Below, in pieces: positions 49,958 through 63,817 of a DNA stretch of 64,000 nt (its first letter is position 1; every line of letters begins with the position of its first letter). Both the position numbers and the translations under genes were made by a program. Source of the stretch: Octopus vulgaris (lineage: Eukaryota); contig OX597838.1 in the NCBI GenBank assembly GCA_951406725.2, positions 40,300,001-40,364,000 on the forward strand, read 5' to 3'. A model generated the notes under the pieces. That model was not told the DNA's origin and did no database searches. It saw only the letters and a list, made by a program, of their open reading frames with translations.

Positions 49958-52750
49958 ATGCCTGTAATATTCAGCGGACTTGAAACAGATAACAATACTC
50001 ATAGGAACAAAAATAACGACCGCAACAAGGGGATTGACAGGGACCAACAGACAGACATAAAACCCAACACTAATATAAACAACACATATACCAGAAACAG
50101 GAACAATGAATATATCACTAGCGATGATAGTAATAATGGCAATGGTAGGAATAAAGGTAATAACAATAATAGTGGTAGTAGTAGTGGTGATGGTAACAGT
50201 AGAAGTAGTAATGAGGATAGTAGTGATAGTTGTGGTGGTAATAGGAATACTAGTAGTAGTAGTAGTGGTAATGGTGATAATAATAATAGGAAGGCTGATG
50301 TTGGAAACAGTAACGATAATGAAGATAACCCTAGAGAGACCATTGACATGTATACCCATCCCTTTGACACTCAATTCTTCAACGTATGCGACAAAACTTA
50401 CTGCATGAACCGAATTTATCCAACAACATTACCCTTCAACAAAAGGGTATACATCCCAAGACGTACTAATGACCACATGGAAGCACAGTTCACTATAGCT
50501 AGGACCAAACTTAGACAGATTTTAGGTTTATACATTAAGAGACAGAGACAGAATAAGACAGATGCCCAACAACTAGGGATTAAACCTACATGTGGCCTAC
50601 AGAAGCTCATTCAGCGCACGAGGAACGGAGAGGTGATATGCCTTCCCACGGATAAGTCCGGCAGGATGTCAATAGACAGCTTACCGAACTACATCCAGGC
50701 AATGCAACCTCATATCGCCAATACAAAAGTAACAACTGTACAGGCGCATGAGGAGAGAGAAAAGGTCCTCAATGCCCACATGATGATGTGGACAATTGTT
50801 CTGGGACCTCAGAAACGTACTGCAAAGAATTTCCAAGCCTGGAACAATGATATCCCGGCACTTTATGGACTTCGCAAGGACCATAAAGGTTTTACTGACC
50901 CTATAGCAGGACCACCAACATGACCAGTCTGTGGAGCGAATATCGCTAGCAATTACAGAATCTCCTACTTCCTCTCAATGATCATACGCCCTATAATCAG
51001 GATGTCACCTGATGTATGTGACAGCACAGAAGATCTCCTAAGCAGGATCAGTGACTGTAACAAAACTTGTGACTTGACAGGATGTATAGTAGGTAGCATG
51101 GATGTGGTATCCCTATACCCATCGATTGACGTAGATTTTGCAGTGGAGAAGTGCGTGGAGATGATCAACGAGAGCCAGGTGGAGTTCTGTAATGTCGACA
51201 CAGAAGAACTGGGCCTCCTACTTAGACTGACATATAATAGTGAATACTTAGATAAACATAATCTTAGTAGTTTCTGCCCCAGTAGATGTTTAAGAGGTAG
51301 ACCGCCTACAATTACTTCTATGGCTAGGAAGACACATATAGAAAGATGGCGCGGATGGACCAGAGCCATACGGAGCCCCGCAAATGTCCATCAGGTAAAG
51401 AAAATGATCGCACATGCACTAGGAGCTAGTATAAGAGTTACCCTAAAAGGCCACACATTTAAATTTAATAATAAAATATATGCCCAGGACGAGGGGGCAG
51501 CCATCGGTGTTAGTATCGCTGGTGATGTGGCCAACCTCTTCATGGTATGGTGGGACAGAAGGCTTAAAGAATGCCTACTGCAGAAATCCATACTCGTAAA
51601 CATGTACTCTCGCTATGTTGATGATATCAATATAGTAGTAAAGGCACCCCCACAAGAGAGTACTGTTGATATAGTAATAGAAACTAATACTATGGAGAGC
51701 ATCCAGCAAATAGCTAACTCCATCCACCAGAGTATTAAGGTCACAATAGACTACCCCACTAAACACCCCAACCATAGACTACCAGTACTAGACACTGAAC
51801 TCTGGCTAGAAATTGTGAAAAATAAAACCCAAATCCTTCATTCATACTATGCAAAACCTATGGCCTCAAAATACCTGATCCACCAGAACTCAGCCATTGC
51901 GGGCAATGCCAAATTCAATATTTTGATGGCAGACCTCGTCAGAATAATGAGAAATGTGTCACGCATGTGCGAGCCTACAGAATTAAAGAGACACATACAG
52001 TATTTCATTCACCGCATGCAGTTCTCAGGTTACAGCCATAAAGAAAGGATCAGAGTATACAAAGGAGCCATGAAGAAATTTGATAATATATTATGTAATG
52101 ATAGGAATGGGATTTGCCCACTATATAGGAACAAGTCATGGAACACTATAGAAAGGACAAAAAAGAAAATAAGGAAGGCCAATTCTTGGTATGATAGCCA
52201 TAAATACCAGAGTGTCATGTTCGTTGACACCACCCCTGGAGGTGAACTAGCGTACCGCTTTAGAAGGACCCTAGATAAACTTAAACTAAGAATTAAGGTT
52301 GTTGAAAAGCCAGGCAACCCTATCAGATCTATAATTGGTAGAACCTATCCTTTTAGTAGAACTCTCTGTACGGAAAACTATTGCACTGTATGTAGATTTA
52401 GCCCACAAACGAACTGTAAAGCCAGAAATGTGGTCTATAGTATAAGATGTATAGAGGGACGATGCAGTAACAAGACAGTAACATACGTAGGGGAAACTGC
52501 AAGAAGCATTGGTGAGCGGGTGAATGAACATTGGAGACAACTCAAGGAAGGTAAAAGCTCATCGATTCTGTACCAACACGCCGAACAAGAACACGGGGGA
52601 TCAATCAATAACATAGAGATTAAGATATTGTCCACACATAGAACAGATGCAACAATTAGACAAATTACAGAAGCTACACATATAATAGAAAATAAACCTA
52701 GCCTGAATAGAAAACTAGAATGGAGCAATAGCGCACACCACAACATATGA
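49958..52750 (+). pseudogene. PLE RT + GIY-YIG endonuclease, ~930 codons with one in-frame TGA at 50921
   Basis: LYGLRKDHK, PPT*PVCG, SMDVVSLYPSI, QDEGAAIG, RYVDDI, LPVLD, CX4CX2CX7C linker, VVYSIRC..YVGETAR. ORFs 49802..50923 and 50978..52750 are in the same frame. Confidence 0.92.
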
Positions 52751-53263
52751 CAATAGTGGATCCTGCAAACATAATAAATACACAGGTAATTAAAGAAATA
52801 GAAATGAATATCTATATATATGTATGTGTGTATATATATGTATATGTATATGTGTATATATGTGTGTATATATGTATATATATGTATATGTATATGTATG
52901 TATATATATATATATATGTATATGTATATTCTTTTTTTTTTTTTTTTCTCGATTAGATTTATTATTATTATTACTAATATTGTTGTTATACATACATACA
53001 AGCATATGTAATGATAATAATGGGTGGATGTAAACACATGAATAAAATTAGAACAAAAGCAACAACAACAAAAACAAAATACAAATTACAAGAATGTATA
53101 TAACCAGAAGATACAAATATTACAGGCATCCCCCCCACACACACACTAAATAAACATAGACGCACATAGAGATATAAGCATGTGCAAATGAAGACATACA
53201 ATAGAAATACAAAATGGCTGACGGTTAGTAAGGAGAGACACAAGTAAGTGAGAAGAAAACAAA

Positions 53264-53308
53264 GGACCACTGATGCGGTCACAGGAGTGTGACGAAAGAA
53301 CTTTGGCC
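53264..53308 (+). ncRNA. Variant hammerhead-like motif in the pLTR (mirror copy at ~49776-49820)
   Basis: GGACCA-CTGATGC-G-GTCACA(GGAG)TGTGAC-GAAA-G(AA)C-TT-TGGCC, with A9>C. Confidence 0.5.
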
Positions 53309-53483
53309 GAAATAAGATTAAGATTAATGTAAAAAATAAATATCACTGAAGCAAAATAACACCAAATATATAGTGCGTGTGTTTTTATTGGCTAAACTGG
53401 CAATATGGCCATTCCAAAATATAACAATATCTGTTTCAACACACGACTTCACATAAAAAATCTTGCACAACAAATATTTAAAC

Positions 53484-53521
<38 letters not shown>

Positions 53522-53524
53522 GTA

Positions 53525-53576
<52 letters not shown>

Positions 53577-53579
53577 TAC

Positions 53580-53657
<78 letters not shown>

Positions 53658-54124
53658 GTGTATGTATGTATCTACCTACTGTCTTCTTTTGTAAAGCATG
53701 AAAAGTGATTTACTGGCGAATGCATTAGTAAGCACAATAATTATCGTCTGTTTGCTACCATTTTCAAACAAGTCGCATTTTAGACGCCGAAAGATATTGA
53801 TTTCTCAAAGTTCAAGTCGCAGTTTAACGAAACTCGACGATGATAATAGCGTAGCGTAAAGAATAGGAATGGAATACTTGAGGAAGGCAAAAGAAAGCAG
53901 ACACTAAAAGCTCGGATCATCTCCATTATTGCGTTTGAGTCAAATCGCAAACAGGACATACTACTTAACTGTGCACAGAATATCATAACTGTTGCAAATT
54001 CTTCAATATTCCCATAGACTGTCCTCGTCATTTCGATACTATTTTTATGCTAAACGTGAGTAACCTTCGATAATGTGACGTATTACGAATCAAATAAATG
54101 CTCCTTGTCATCATCAGCATCATA

Positions 54125-54198
<74 letters not shown>

Positions 54199-54199
<1 letters not shown>

Positions 54200-54374
54200 G
54201 AGTGAGAGAGCAGTTCATGCCATCAAAGTGACACTGGGGTAAAATATACGAAGCCCAATATATCCATCATGACTATCCGTCTGATAAGGGTACACCAGGC
54301 ACATGCATCACAACCATATGTGCGCGACATGGTGATCTCATATCAAGATAAATGGTGATCTCATATCAAGATAA
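54199..54374 (-). mobile_element. Short non-coding repeat embedded in (TAA)n, related to 62383-62460
   Basis: Shared TGCCATCAAAGTG(A/T)CACTGGGGTAAAATA..CATCATGAC adjacent to (TAT)n. Confidence 0.6.
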
Positions 54375-54393
54375 ATTATTATTATTATTATTA

Positions 54394-54480
<87 letters not shown>

Positions 54481-54482
<2 letters not shown>

Positions 54483-57400
54483 TCTTTCTTCTTTCAAATT
54501 TGCTTCCATTTCTTGCCGAGTGTCTTCCCGACTCCTAGGGCAAAGAAACTCATAGTATACATTGGTAGGCCATTAAACCAAACTCAATAGTTCGTTCATT
54601 TAAAAAAAAAATTTTTTTAAGTTAAATTAATATACATGAGCAGCAACAGTTCTCACATCGACAATGCTCTTCTCAATACGTGTGATGTACCAGTTAAGAC
54701 AATCTTTTGCAATTCTTGCAGGGATGGTAAGCCAGGGATCATTCTCATATAATTTTCGGTTCCCTTCTTGATCATTCCTAGTGCTCCTACGATCACTGGT
54801 ATTGTAACCGCCTTGAGATGCCACATTTTCTCAATTTCAATGAGTAGGTCTTTATATTTTCTGAGCTTGTCAAACTCTTTCGCTGAGATATTATGATCAC
54901 AGGGGATGCTCATGTCGATCAATAAGCAAACTTTATTGTTTTGGTCTTTCACAACAATATCTGGTTTATTGGCCTTGATGGTTCGGTCTGTATGTATTGG
55001 AAAGTCCCACAGAATGGTTACATTTTCTCCTTCAGTTACAGCCTCAGGGTGGTGATTATACCACTTGTCGGCAGTTTTGATATTGTAATGGAGCCAGTGG
55101 AGATATTGGCCAACTCTGTCATGTCTTAATTTATACTCCACTGGTGCTAAGAGATTAGGTAGTCCACTGTTTCAATCATGTCGTTGCAGAATCGGCATTT
55201 TGGGTCGGCTCCATTTTTCATCACATTGGCCTGGTAGTTCCGGGTTAATAGGCTTTGATCTTGAGCAGCCAGGATGAAACCTTCGCTCTCTGCTTTTAGC
55301 CCTGAGCTCCGTAGCCACTGATGGGTTTGCTTCTGGTCAACATCAGCTTGTTTGCTGCGGGTCACATATTTGCCGTGCAGAGGTTTCTCCTCCCACCTAT
55401 CAGCCAATTGCTCGTGCGCTTTTTTCATTGCCATCATTTTCACCTTCTTTGCAACAATAGTTGCCGTACTTCCCTCGGGTTGTTCAGTTTGGGTATCCTG
55501 CACGAGATCAATAGCAAATTTTTTGCTCTCCTTTATGATAGAATGAAGCTTCTTTCGTCTCTCGTGATTTTCCACGAGCTTTATCATCCAGTCATTCGAT
55601 ATTTCGAGATATTTGGCCAGTCCAATTGTGGTTGTTTTGTAAGCTAGTTCAAATTGGATCAGGCCTCGACCTCCTTGGGCTCTGGGAAGGTAAAGGCGAT
55701 CTACGTCTGCCTTTGGGTGGTGCATCCTATTACAACTCAGCAGCTTGCGTACTTTCCTATCTATATTCTTTACTTCACTCATATTCCAGTTCAACACATT
55801 GTAGCTATAAGTAACAACAGGAACTGCTAAGGAATTTATAGCTAACACCTTGTTACGTGCATTTAGTTCAGATTTCAGGACTGCACGAACTCTCCTATAA
55901 CATTCCTTCCTGATCTTCTCTTTCATGCTTGCATGCTGAATACCAGAGCCTTCATTTATCCCTAAATATTTGTATGTTTGTTCTTGCTCAAGCTCTCTTA
56001 TGACTGTGTCAATATCTAACACGACTGAATTTGTGGTCTTCACTTTCCCTTTCTGGAAAGTGACCTTGGCACACTTCTCAAGTCCAAACTCCATCCCGAT
56101 GTCATCGCTGAATGCTTTCACGGTGCGCAACAGGCCTTCGAGTTCATTATTGTCTTTACCATAAAGTTTTAAGTCATCCATATAAAATAGATGGCTTATT
56201 TTTTTATTGGCAATTTTATACCCATACCCTGTTCGGTTTAATTCACTTGTAAGGGGTATTAGGGCTATGCAGAATATTAAAGGTGAAAGTGAGTCACCTT
56301 GAAAAATTCCACAGTTGATGTTTATATTTTCTGAGGCAAGTACTCCATTAGAGTGGTATAATTGGAGATTCGTATTCTACAACGACATATTGTGCTTCAG
56401 GAAGTTTGAAATCACAGGGGAAATTTTGAAGATGTCCAGCAATCTCAAGATCCATGGATGCGGTATACTGTCGAAGGCCTTTTTATAGTCAATCCATGCG
56501 GTGCTGAGATTTCTGCGCTTGTTGTGACAGTTCTCAAGGATCATACGATTGATTAGCAGTTGATCTTTGCATCCGTAAGAGCCTCGGCGGCACCCTTTTT
56601 GTTCAATGGGGAAAATATCGTTCTTCTCCATGAATGCATATGTTTTCTCCGCCAGGATAGATGTTAGGATTTTATACGTGGTGGATAGACAGGTTATAGG
56701 CCGATAGTTTTTTGGAAGGTTGGTTTCGTTATTCTTTGGGAGTAGGTAAGTAATGCCACTTGCTAACCATTCAGGTGTTTTCTTTGGGTCTCTCATAATT
56801 CCATTGAGCAGCTGAACTAGCTTACCGTGTGTGCATGGGAGCGATGCGAGCCAGAAATTCGGCACCCTATCTTTACCGGGGGATTTCCAATTATGAGCCT
56901 TCGTGAGTGCCTTTCTTAGATCTGCTATTGTGATGTCTTCCCATGCTTGTTGTTGTAAATTTTGGTAGGATCCTTCAGTTTGTATAATCCAGTCTGCATT
57001 TATGTTGTACGTCTTCTTGTCACTCCAAATCCTCTTCCAAAAGTTTTGAACTTCTTCCATGGGAGGGGGGTCTTTAACGGTTACTTTCTCCTTCCCTATT
57101 TCTCTGTAGAATTGTTTGGCATTGGATGTGAACAGCTTATTTTGCATGTAAAACTTGTTTCTCTTCTCAAATCTTCGTATTCTTTGGGCTTTTGCTTGGA
57201 CTTTTTGTTTCAGCGTTTCTTTTATTGATATCAGTTCTTCTCTTGGTGAGGATCCAAATTTTCTCTTCATCTTTCTTCCTGTTCTGGATCTTACATCATT
57301 TCCACATATTAGTTCATTTAATATTGATATTTCCCCTCTCATAAATTCAATCTCTTTTTCAATTTTACTTCTCCAGGTTTGATTTCTTCCCAGGTTTTGT

Positions 57401-57807
57401 TTTCTTTGTTTTTTCGGGGGCATACAGCTGGTTTCAATTGCCCTAGCAGAAGCGTAAATAATTTCATTTAACTCAGTAAAATCAGGTCTTAATTCTCGTA
57501 TTATTTCATTTGTTACATAGTTGCCAATTTGGATTTGTTTTTTATTTTGGTTTGTATTTGAGAGTTTATGAAGTGGTTCTCTATCATTCATACTTGTATG
57601 TCTTACAACAGGATTTTCTGCCTCATTTCTGCCATAGACTCTCTGTGTTCTTCAGCAAATGCGAGATCTTCAGTTACTGTTGTTTTTTCGTTTTCCTGGC
57701 AATCTTTAACAGGTACAATAGAATTTCTTGTATCTTCAGGCCTTTGCGTACTTTGGTCAGATGGCAGTCTTTCAATTTTTAAGTCTATCCAGGACATGCA
57801 TAATTTC
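54481..57807 (-). mobile_element. R4/Dong-clade non-LTR retrotransposon (RT, CCHC, REL), 5'-truncated, young pseudogene
   Basis: NYRPITCL, WIDYKKAFDS, GIFQGDSLSP, YMDDLK, CRFC, RHDRV, KPDIVV, IPVIVGALG. Stop at 56377 and frameshift at ~55147. (TAT)n on both sides. Confidence 0.93.
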
Positions 57808-57808
57808 A

Positions 57809-57924
<116 letters not shown>

Positions 57925-57960
57925 GATTATTATTATAATTATTATTATTATTACTATTAT

Positions 57961-60720
57961 TTGATGAAAACTCTCAGTTTATTCTGCTGAGTATGATGGA
58001 AAGTGCCAACTGTCCACAGTCAGCAGACCAAGGTGGCATTTGTTTACCTGTCATGCTTCCAGAACGCTGCGAAGAATTCTTGCAGTTCCAAGCAATTCTG
58101 ATTCTTGTATGCTATTTACCTTTACATTTGTACCAATGCTGGTAGTTCAGTGCTGACACTTCCAAATGCGCCAATTACTATTGGTATCCCATCTACACTC
58201 CTCTTTGACCTTCATATTCCCCACCTTTCTCTAGTCCCCACTTTTCGCACAGTTTCCAATGTAACACTTTTGCTACCTGATCGTATCGCCACATCTTGAG
58301 TTGAGCTTTGATTTCAAGAGAAGTCTGAGGCGCTTGAAATATGCAGCGATGACCTTGTCTTTCATTTCTCTGTGCATAATATTGGCCAGCACCAGAATAA
58401 CAAGTTACTTGTACCCATCATCATCCAGATCTTCCATTCCCTCTCCGTTTGGCAATTCTATGCCCCTACAAGTCACTCTTTTTCTCCGCATCAAAGTAAG
58501 CATCGCACACTTCGAGATGCCGAATTCCATCCCTATATCCTTGCTGCACATTTGCACAGTCTCAGCCAGCCTCTCCATTTCAGGCTCTGCTTTTGTGAAC
58601 AGTTTTAAATCATCCGTGAAGAGAGAAGGTGATTGCGACGAGGTCCATTTTTCCTCAGCTCAAAGTAGGGCTACAGAAAGTGGGATCAAGGCCATAACAA
58701 ATAGCAGAGGTCTTCGTGGAAGATAGCTCTTTTAATTGTTACTGCGGTTTAGTGCTGGTTGTTACAGAAAAGACGCGTTTCCCACTTGGCATACTGTTCT
58801 CAATCAATGCTCACACTTTCTCAGCTATTCTACACATGTCGAGGGTTTCCAAAATTCACGAATGCGGCAACATGTAAGCTTTTTTTTAAGTCTATCCAGG
58901 CCATGCATAATTTGTATTTTTGGTACCATTTACAGTTCTTCATTATAACCTTGTCTATCACAAAGTGGTCCTTGGCGCCCTTGGACCCTTTTCGGCATCC
59001 CTTTTGTTCTACTGGCAGTAGATTGTTTTTCGCCAGGAACGTATATATTTTCCCTGCAATGATACCTGTTAATACTTTCCATGGGAGGTTAAGACAAGCA
59101 ATGGGTCGGTAATTGCCAACCTCATTGCCCTTTGACCGATCTTTCATTAACAATGTTGTTCTTCCCTTTACCATCCATTCTGTAGGCAATTGTCTCATTG
59201 CAACGCCATTCTCTTGTGTATTGACCTAAACCACTCGAGCCAGTAAACTTGAATTCCGTCTGGTCCGGCCACTTTCCAGTTTAGTAGTTTTGATATCTTT
59301 GCAATGACATCTTCCGTTGTTATGCGCACATGGTCCTTTTGATGGTACAGACTTTACAGTAACTGGTGCTTTCCCTATCTTCCTGTAAAACTTTTTTGGG
59401 TTATCTTTGAAAATGTTGTCCTTGAAGAATCTAACACGCTTTTCATACCTCGCTATCCGGGCAGCTTTCGCAGATACTTTTTGCTTGATGGCTTCTATGG
59501 TGGAATCAATATCAAGTATAGTTTTCATATTATATTTTTTCTTTAATTTATGGGTTTTTGTAGGTTTGGTAGTCTTATCAACCTTAAGGCTTTTCAAATA
59601 TTCAATGTCAGACCTAAGTAGTTTAATTTGATGTTGGATACGCTCTTGCCAAGAAGGCTTTTTGTGGGAATATTGCCGTTTTCTAATCTTTTCACCATAT
59701 AGAATCGTTGAGATTTTCGCGGATGCATAGTACAGGTGGTTGAGATCTGTGATATTAACATCATTAGCTGAAATTATATCCTTAAGTGCAAGGCGGATTT
59801 TACCAATTATTTTCATGTTTTGGTTAGAGTTGCGGATTTTAGGGAGTGTGTCGCGTTCATCCATACTGGTTTCTTTAATTTTCAGCCATTCAATCATGAT
59901 CTGATTCTTTAGCTCATGTAGTTCTGTTGGGTCAATATTTGTGTGACTGTATTAATCTATTTGATGTTCATCTGTCTTAGTGTTTATGATTGGTTCAGTG
60001 AGTATTTCACTTTGCCTATCAATTATACTAACTCTTTCAATCCTTACTTTGTTTTTATCAGTCTATAATTATTTCCTCTGTATTATGGTCTATAATTAGT
60101 TCCTCTGTATTATCTTCTTTAGCTGCAGCTTCGTTGTTTTCATCCATTACTGCTTGTTTAATTTGGTCAATCTCTACTTCAGTCAGTAATTTTCTTTTTA
60201 TAATGTTTCCTCTGACTTTGGCAAGTTTGTTACTGTCTATGTAGGGTCTTACTTCAGGGTGTTTCTGTCTCCGGTTTATGTAGGTTTGCATAGTGTTAGA
60301 TTTATCTGTGGGGAAACATATGGCATGGTAGAAGGCTGCAAGAACTTCCTTATTATCTTCCCTAGACCATTTTTCATTCTCTTTCTTTTGGCTATTTGAT
60401 GACAGGCATGGATGGCCATCTGTTGGAATATTCCGGTTGTGGGGTACGTCCAGCTCTTGTGTATCGGTAAGGTTTGAACCAGTAGCTGATTCTTCAATCA
60501 GAATTTGGTTCAATATTCGGGTTTGTGGTCTTTTGTATTCCGCTCGATGACCATTGCGGTTTGTAATTTGTTTTGTTGACATTGAGGCATGACGAGCTTC
60601 GGCTCTTACATTAGGAAACGGATCTGTCAGTTTTGGGTTAGGTTTTTGCGACAAGACCGTTTCTGCATGTAAACATTGTTCATAGCGTAGGTTCTTAAGG
60701 CAAGCAGATCTGTATTCGTA
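57961..60720 (-). mobile_element. Second, older R4/Dong-clade element (different family, internally deleted)
   Basis: KWSREDN, KQKVSAKAARIARYEKR, NYRPIACL, MAWIDLKK, LLGTARILRSVL. (TAT)n flanks. Confidence 0.85.
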
Positions 60721-60939
60721 TTATTATTATTATTATTATTATTATCATCATCATCATCAATGATATTATTGTTTTATGTGTAGTCGCAGCAGTTGTTGCA
60801 GCAACAGCAACAGTAACGTAGGAGGGGTGGTGGTAAGGGTGATAGTTGGGCCTCAGATTCCTGTGCTATCGTAATAGTAGAAGTAGTTGTAGTATTATTG
60901 TAGTATCAGTAGTATTAAGTATTAGCAGCAGCAACAGCA

Positions 60940-61002
<63 letters not shown>

Positions 61003-61278
61003 CATCATCATCATCATTATCACCATCACTACTACTATTGAGGGAATAGTTGGTTAGCATTTGGTTAAGAGGTCATATTCTATAGGTCTATAAATAGATT
61101 CGGCAGATGGTGGAGAGGTCAGCCATAGAGGCAAAGGACACTTCGCACCCTTTAGGTCAGGAGAAGTCAAATGTGTTTATTACTACCAGTGGATAGTGGG
61201 AGCGTTGCCTTGAAAAGATGTAATTCAACTTGTTCTATTTGTAATTAATGGTAGGAAATAACAAGAACAATAATAATA

Positions 61279-61386
<108 letters not shown>

Positions 61387-61419
61387 TATTAATGTATATG
61401 TATACACACACACATATTT

Positions 61420-62200
61420 TCTGATATTCACGTCGATGAAATTTTGAATTTCTGAATTCAGTCGTGTTGTTGCAATAAAAGTTGTGTTTACGTATTTGGG
61501 TAATATATTAAAGTTTTTAAGTATTCTTGAGATGTTCGTTTTTCTGTCCAGTTGGAGAATATAGTAAGACTTGCAATGGAAAGGATATTTACATTTTCGA
61601 ATACTCAGGGAGAGAGGAAAGGATAATTTGTCGCACATTAGTTGTAGATATTAAAGATTTTTTTTGTATTTTAAGCTGACCGTTTGTGTGTTCGATAGCT
61701 GTAGGTATGTAAGTTTCCTAACTTATTTTATTTTGAAGGAAATTTAAAATATTTACAGGAAATTGTAGATATTCCAGTCTTTGGGAATAGTAGGAGGAAG
61801 AACAGGTTCACCTTGTTGGGTTTTTGAATTTCTGAATTTCTTTTTCTTTTTCTCTTGGAATTTTTCTCTTATTTTAAAATGTTTTGCAGTGGTTTACAGT
61901 ATTTGTAGCTGTGCAGTATGAATATATTTGCAGGTGCTTACTTCCATAATTTTTTATCGTGCATTTAATTGTGATGTTACAATAAAAGGTATTTTTACAT
62001 ATTCTGTTAGTCAAGGAAAAAGGGACGACAAAATGTTCACACAAAATTGGAGATATTTATGTTGTCTAATTTTTTATTGTTAGGTGTTCGTTTGTATGTC
62101 CAAAGCTGTAGATATGTAAGTTCCTTAACTTATTTTGAGGGAAATTCAAATCACTCACAGAAAACAGTAGATCTTCCAGTTTTTTACAGTTGTTTTTTCA
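61420..62200 (-). mobile_element. Highly decayed PLE-like remnant
   Basis: Thumb and linker-like peptides in broken frames, internal duplication (~61693-61785 vs ~62104-62182), abuts (TA)n. Confidence 0.35.
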
Positions 62201-62297
62201 GTTGTCCTACTGGGTTGTACTAGTGTTTCTGTGTCTTCAGCTGCTGACAGGTCAGAGCAGCGAAGAACACGTCCAGCCTCTGTCCCGTCCTATTATC

Positions 62298-62333
<36 letters not shown>

Positions 62334-62337
62334 GTTA

Positions 62338-62383
<46 letters not shown>

Positions 62384-62689
62384 GTGGGAGAGGAGTGCGT
62401 GCCATCAAAGTGTCACTGGGGTAAAATACATCATGACCTTCCTCCCTGGTGAGAAAATTACGTCTCTTCTATATTCTTACCCCTTTTCAAGGGCGCGTAC
62501 TCGCTAGCAGCAATGTACCCGGATGATCATACCCCCTTACACACACACACAGTGGGAGAGAGACCAACAGACAGACAAAACCGTCAATAACGTGGTAGCT
62601 TTTACAACCATATTTGTTGAATTGTGAAATTTTTAAATACAATCTGTTCTAGTCTATACCTATATGAAATGAGCTTCGCCCACCCTCTG

Positions 62690-62812
62690 TTTACCAAACA
62701 ACTTTCTAATCGTATTTATCAAATACAAAGCCTGTCCAAAATGTCGCACTGTGGGACTGAACCCAAATCCACATACCTACAAATCTTACTTTTTAATCCC
62801 ATTGTCATGCCT
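62690..62812 (-). mobile_element. Diverged SINE family C head fragment
   Basis: GTCCAAAATGTCGCACTGTGGGACTGAACCC. Confidence 0.55.
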
Positions 62813-63719
62813 TTGTTTTAATGTTATATTTTGTTACAAAATAAAAATGAAGTCCAAAACAAATATTACAATGTATGTACGTTCTAAACGGCGATAATGA
62901 CTCCTACACGATGCAGTTGTATAAGTATTTATTTAACATTTATTGATGTCTGTAGAGTCAGATTTAGACGTGAGCGGGGTGTTATATGTTTGAGTGACTC
63001 GCATCTTTCATTATAATAAAACTTAAACCTTTAATTCCGGCAAGCAAAACCGGATCATTGGCAAGTTATATGTGAATCGTACCTTTTATTTCACGTCTTA
63101 CTATGAGCAAAATAATTCATACATTTAAATTTCTTCTCATCGGGAATGGTACGTTTACAAAAGTTTATATCTTCTAACTCCGTTTTTCTCCTTCTTTGTC
63201 ATAACGATATAAGAAAGGTACGAATGAACATGCCACCATCTTATTTCCAGTATTTCATTATAAAAATTAATGGTAAACACTACATTGCGCGACAGAAAAT
63301 CCATCAGCCTTCATTATGTTGGTAATTAACTCTATACTGAGCAGTAAGCGACTATGTTGTAAACAAGCCGTACCTGGTGTCGTAGATCAAAGTTAAGAAG
63401 CGAAAGCATTGAAAAATTGGTGTTGCGTTAGTTTTCAGCGCTGGATTCACCTTTTAAAAGATTAACTTTGCTAACTTTGCTTTAAAGGGACTCTGATTTA
63501 AACTTAAACCGTTTTTATTATTGTTAAAGCAATAAATGGAAGAATCTTTCGTGTTCTCTAAGAAGGAAATTTGGCCAAAAATTCCTAATTATTTTCCCAC
63601 TATAAATTTCTCCTTACCGCCTCTCAATCTTTTCTTTCTTTTTTACTCTTTTTCTTATTTCTTCTGTTTCACTACTCTTTTCACATACACGAAATTACAG
63701 AGGGAGGTAGAGATAGATC

Positions 63720-63817
<98 letters not shown>

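Larger units (their letters stand above)
49654..53485 (+). mobile_element. Near-intact Penelope-like retroelement with an inverted 5' pLTR
   Basis: 49654-49971 is the reverse complement of 53116-53430. Both flanks are TA-rich microsatellite. Confidence 0.93.

Noticed and set aside
50921-50923. Programmed readthrough or selenocysteine at the PLE TGA
   Set aside because: The position corresponds to a conserved Arg, so CpG deamination of CGA is the simpler explanation.
60590-60720. HDV-like ribozyme at the Dong-like 5' end (also 62215-62295)
   Set aside because: Hairpins are present, but P1, P3 and P1.1 of the nested double pseudoknot could not be assigned.
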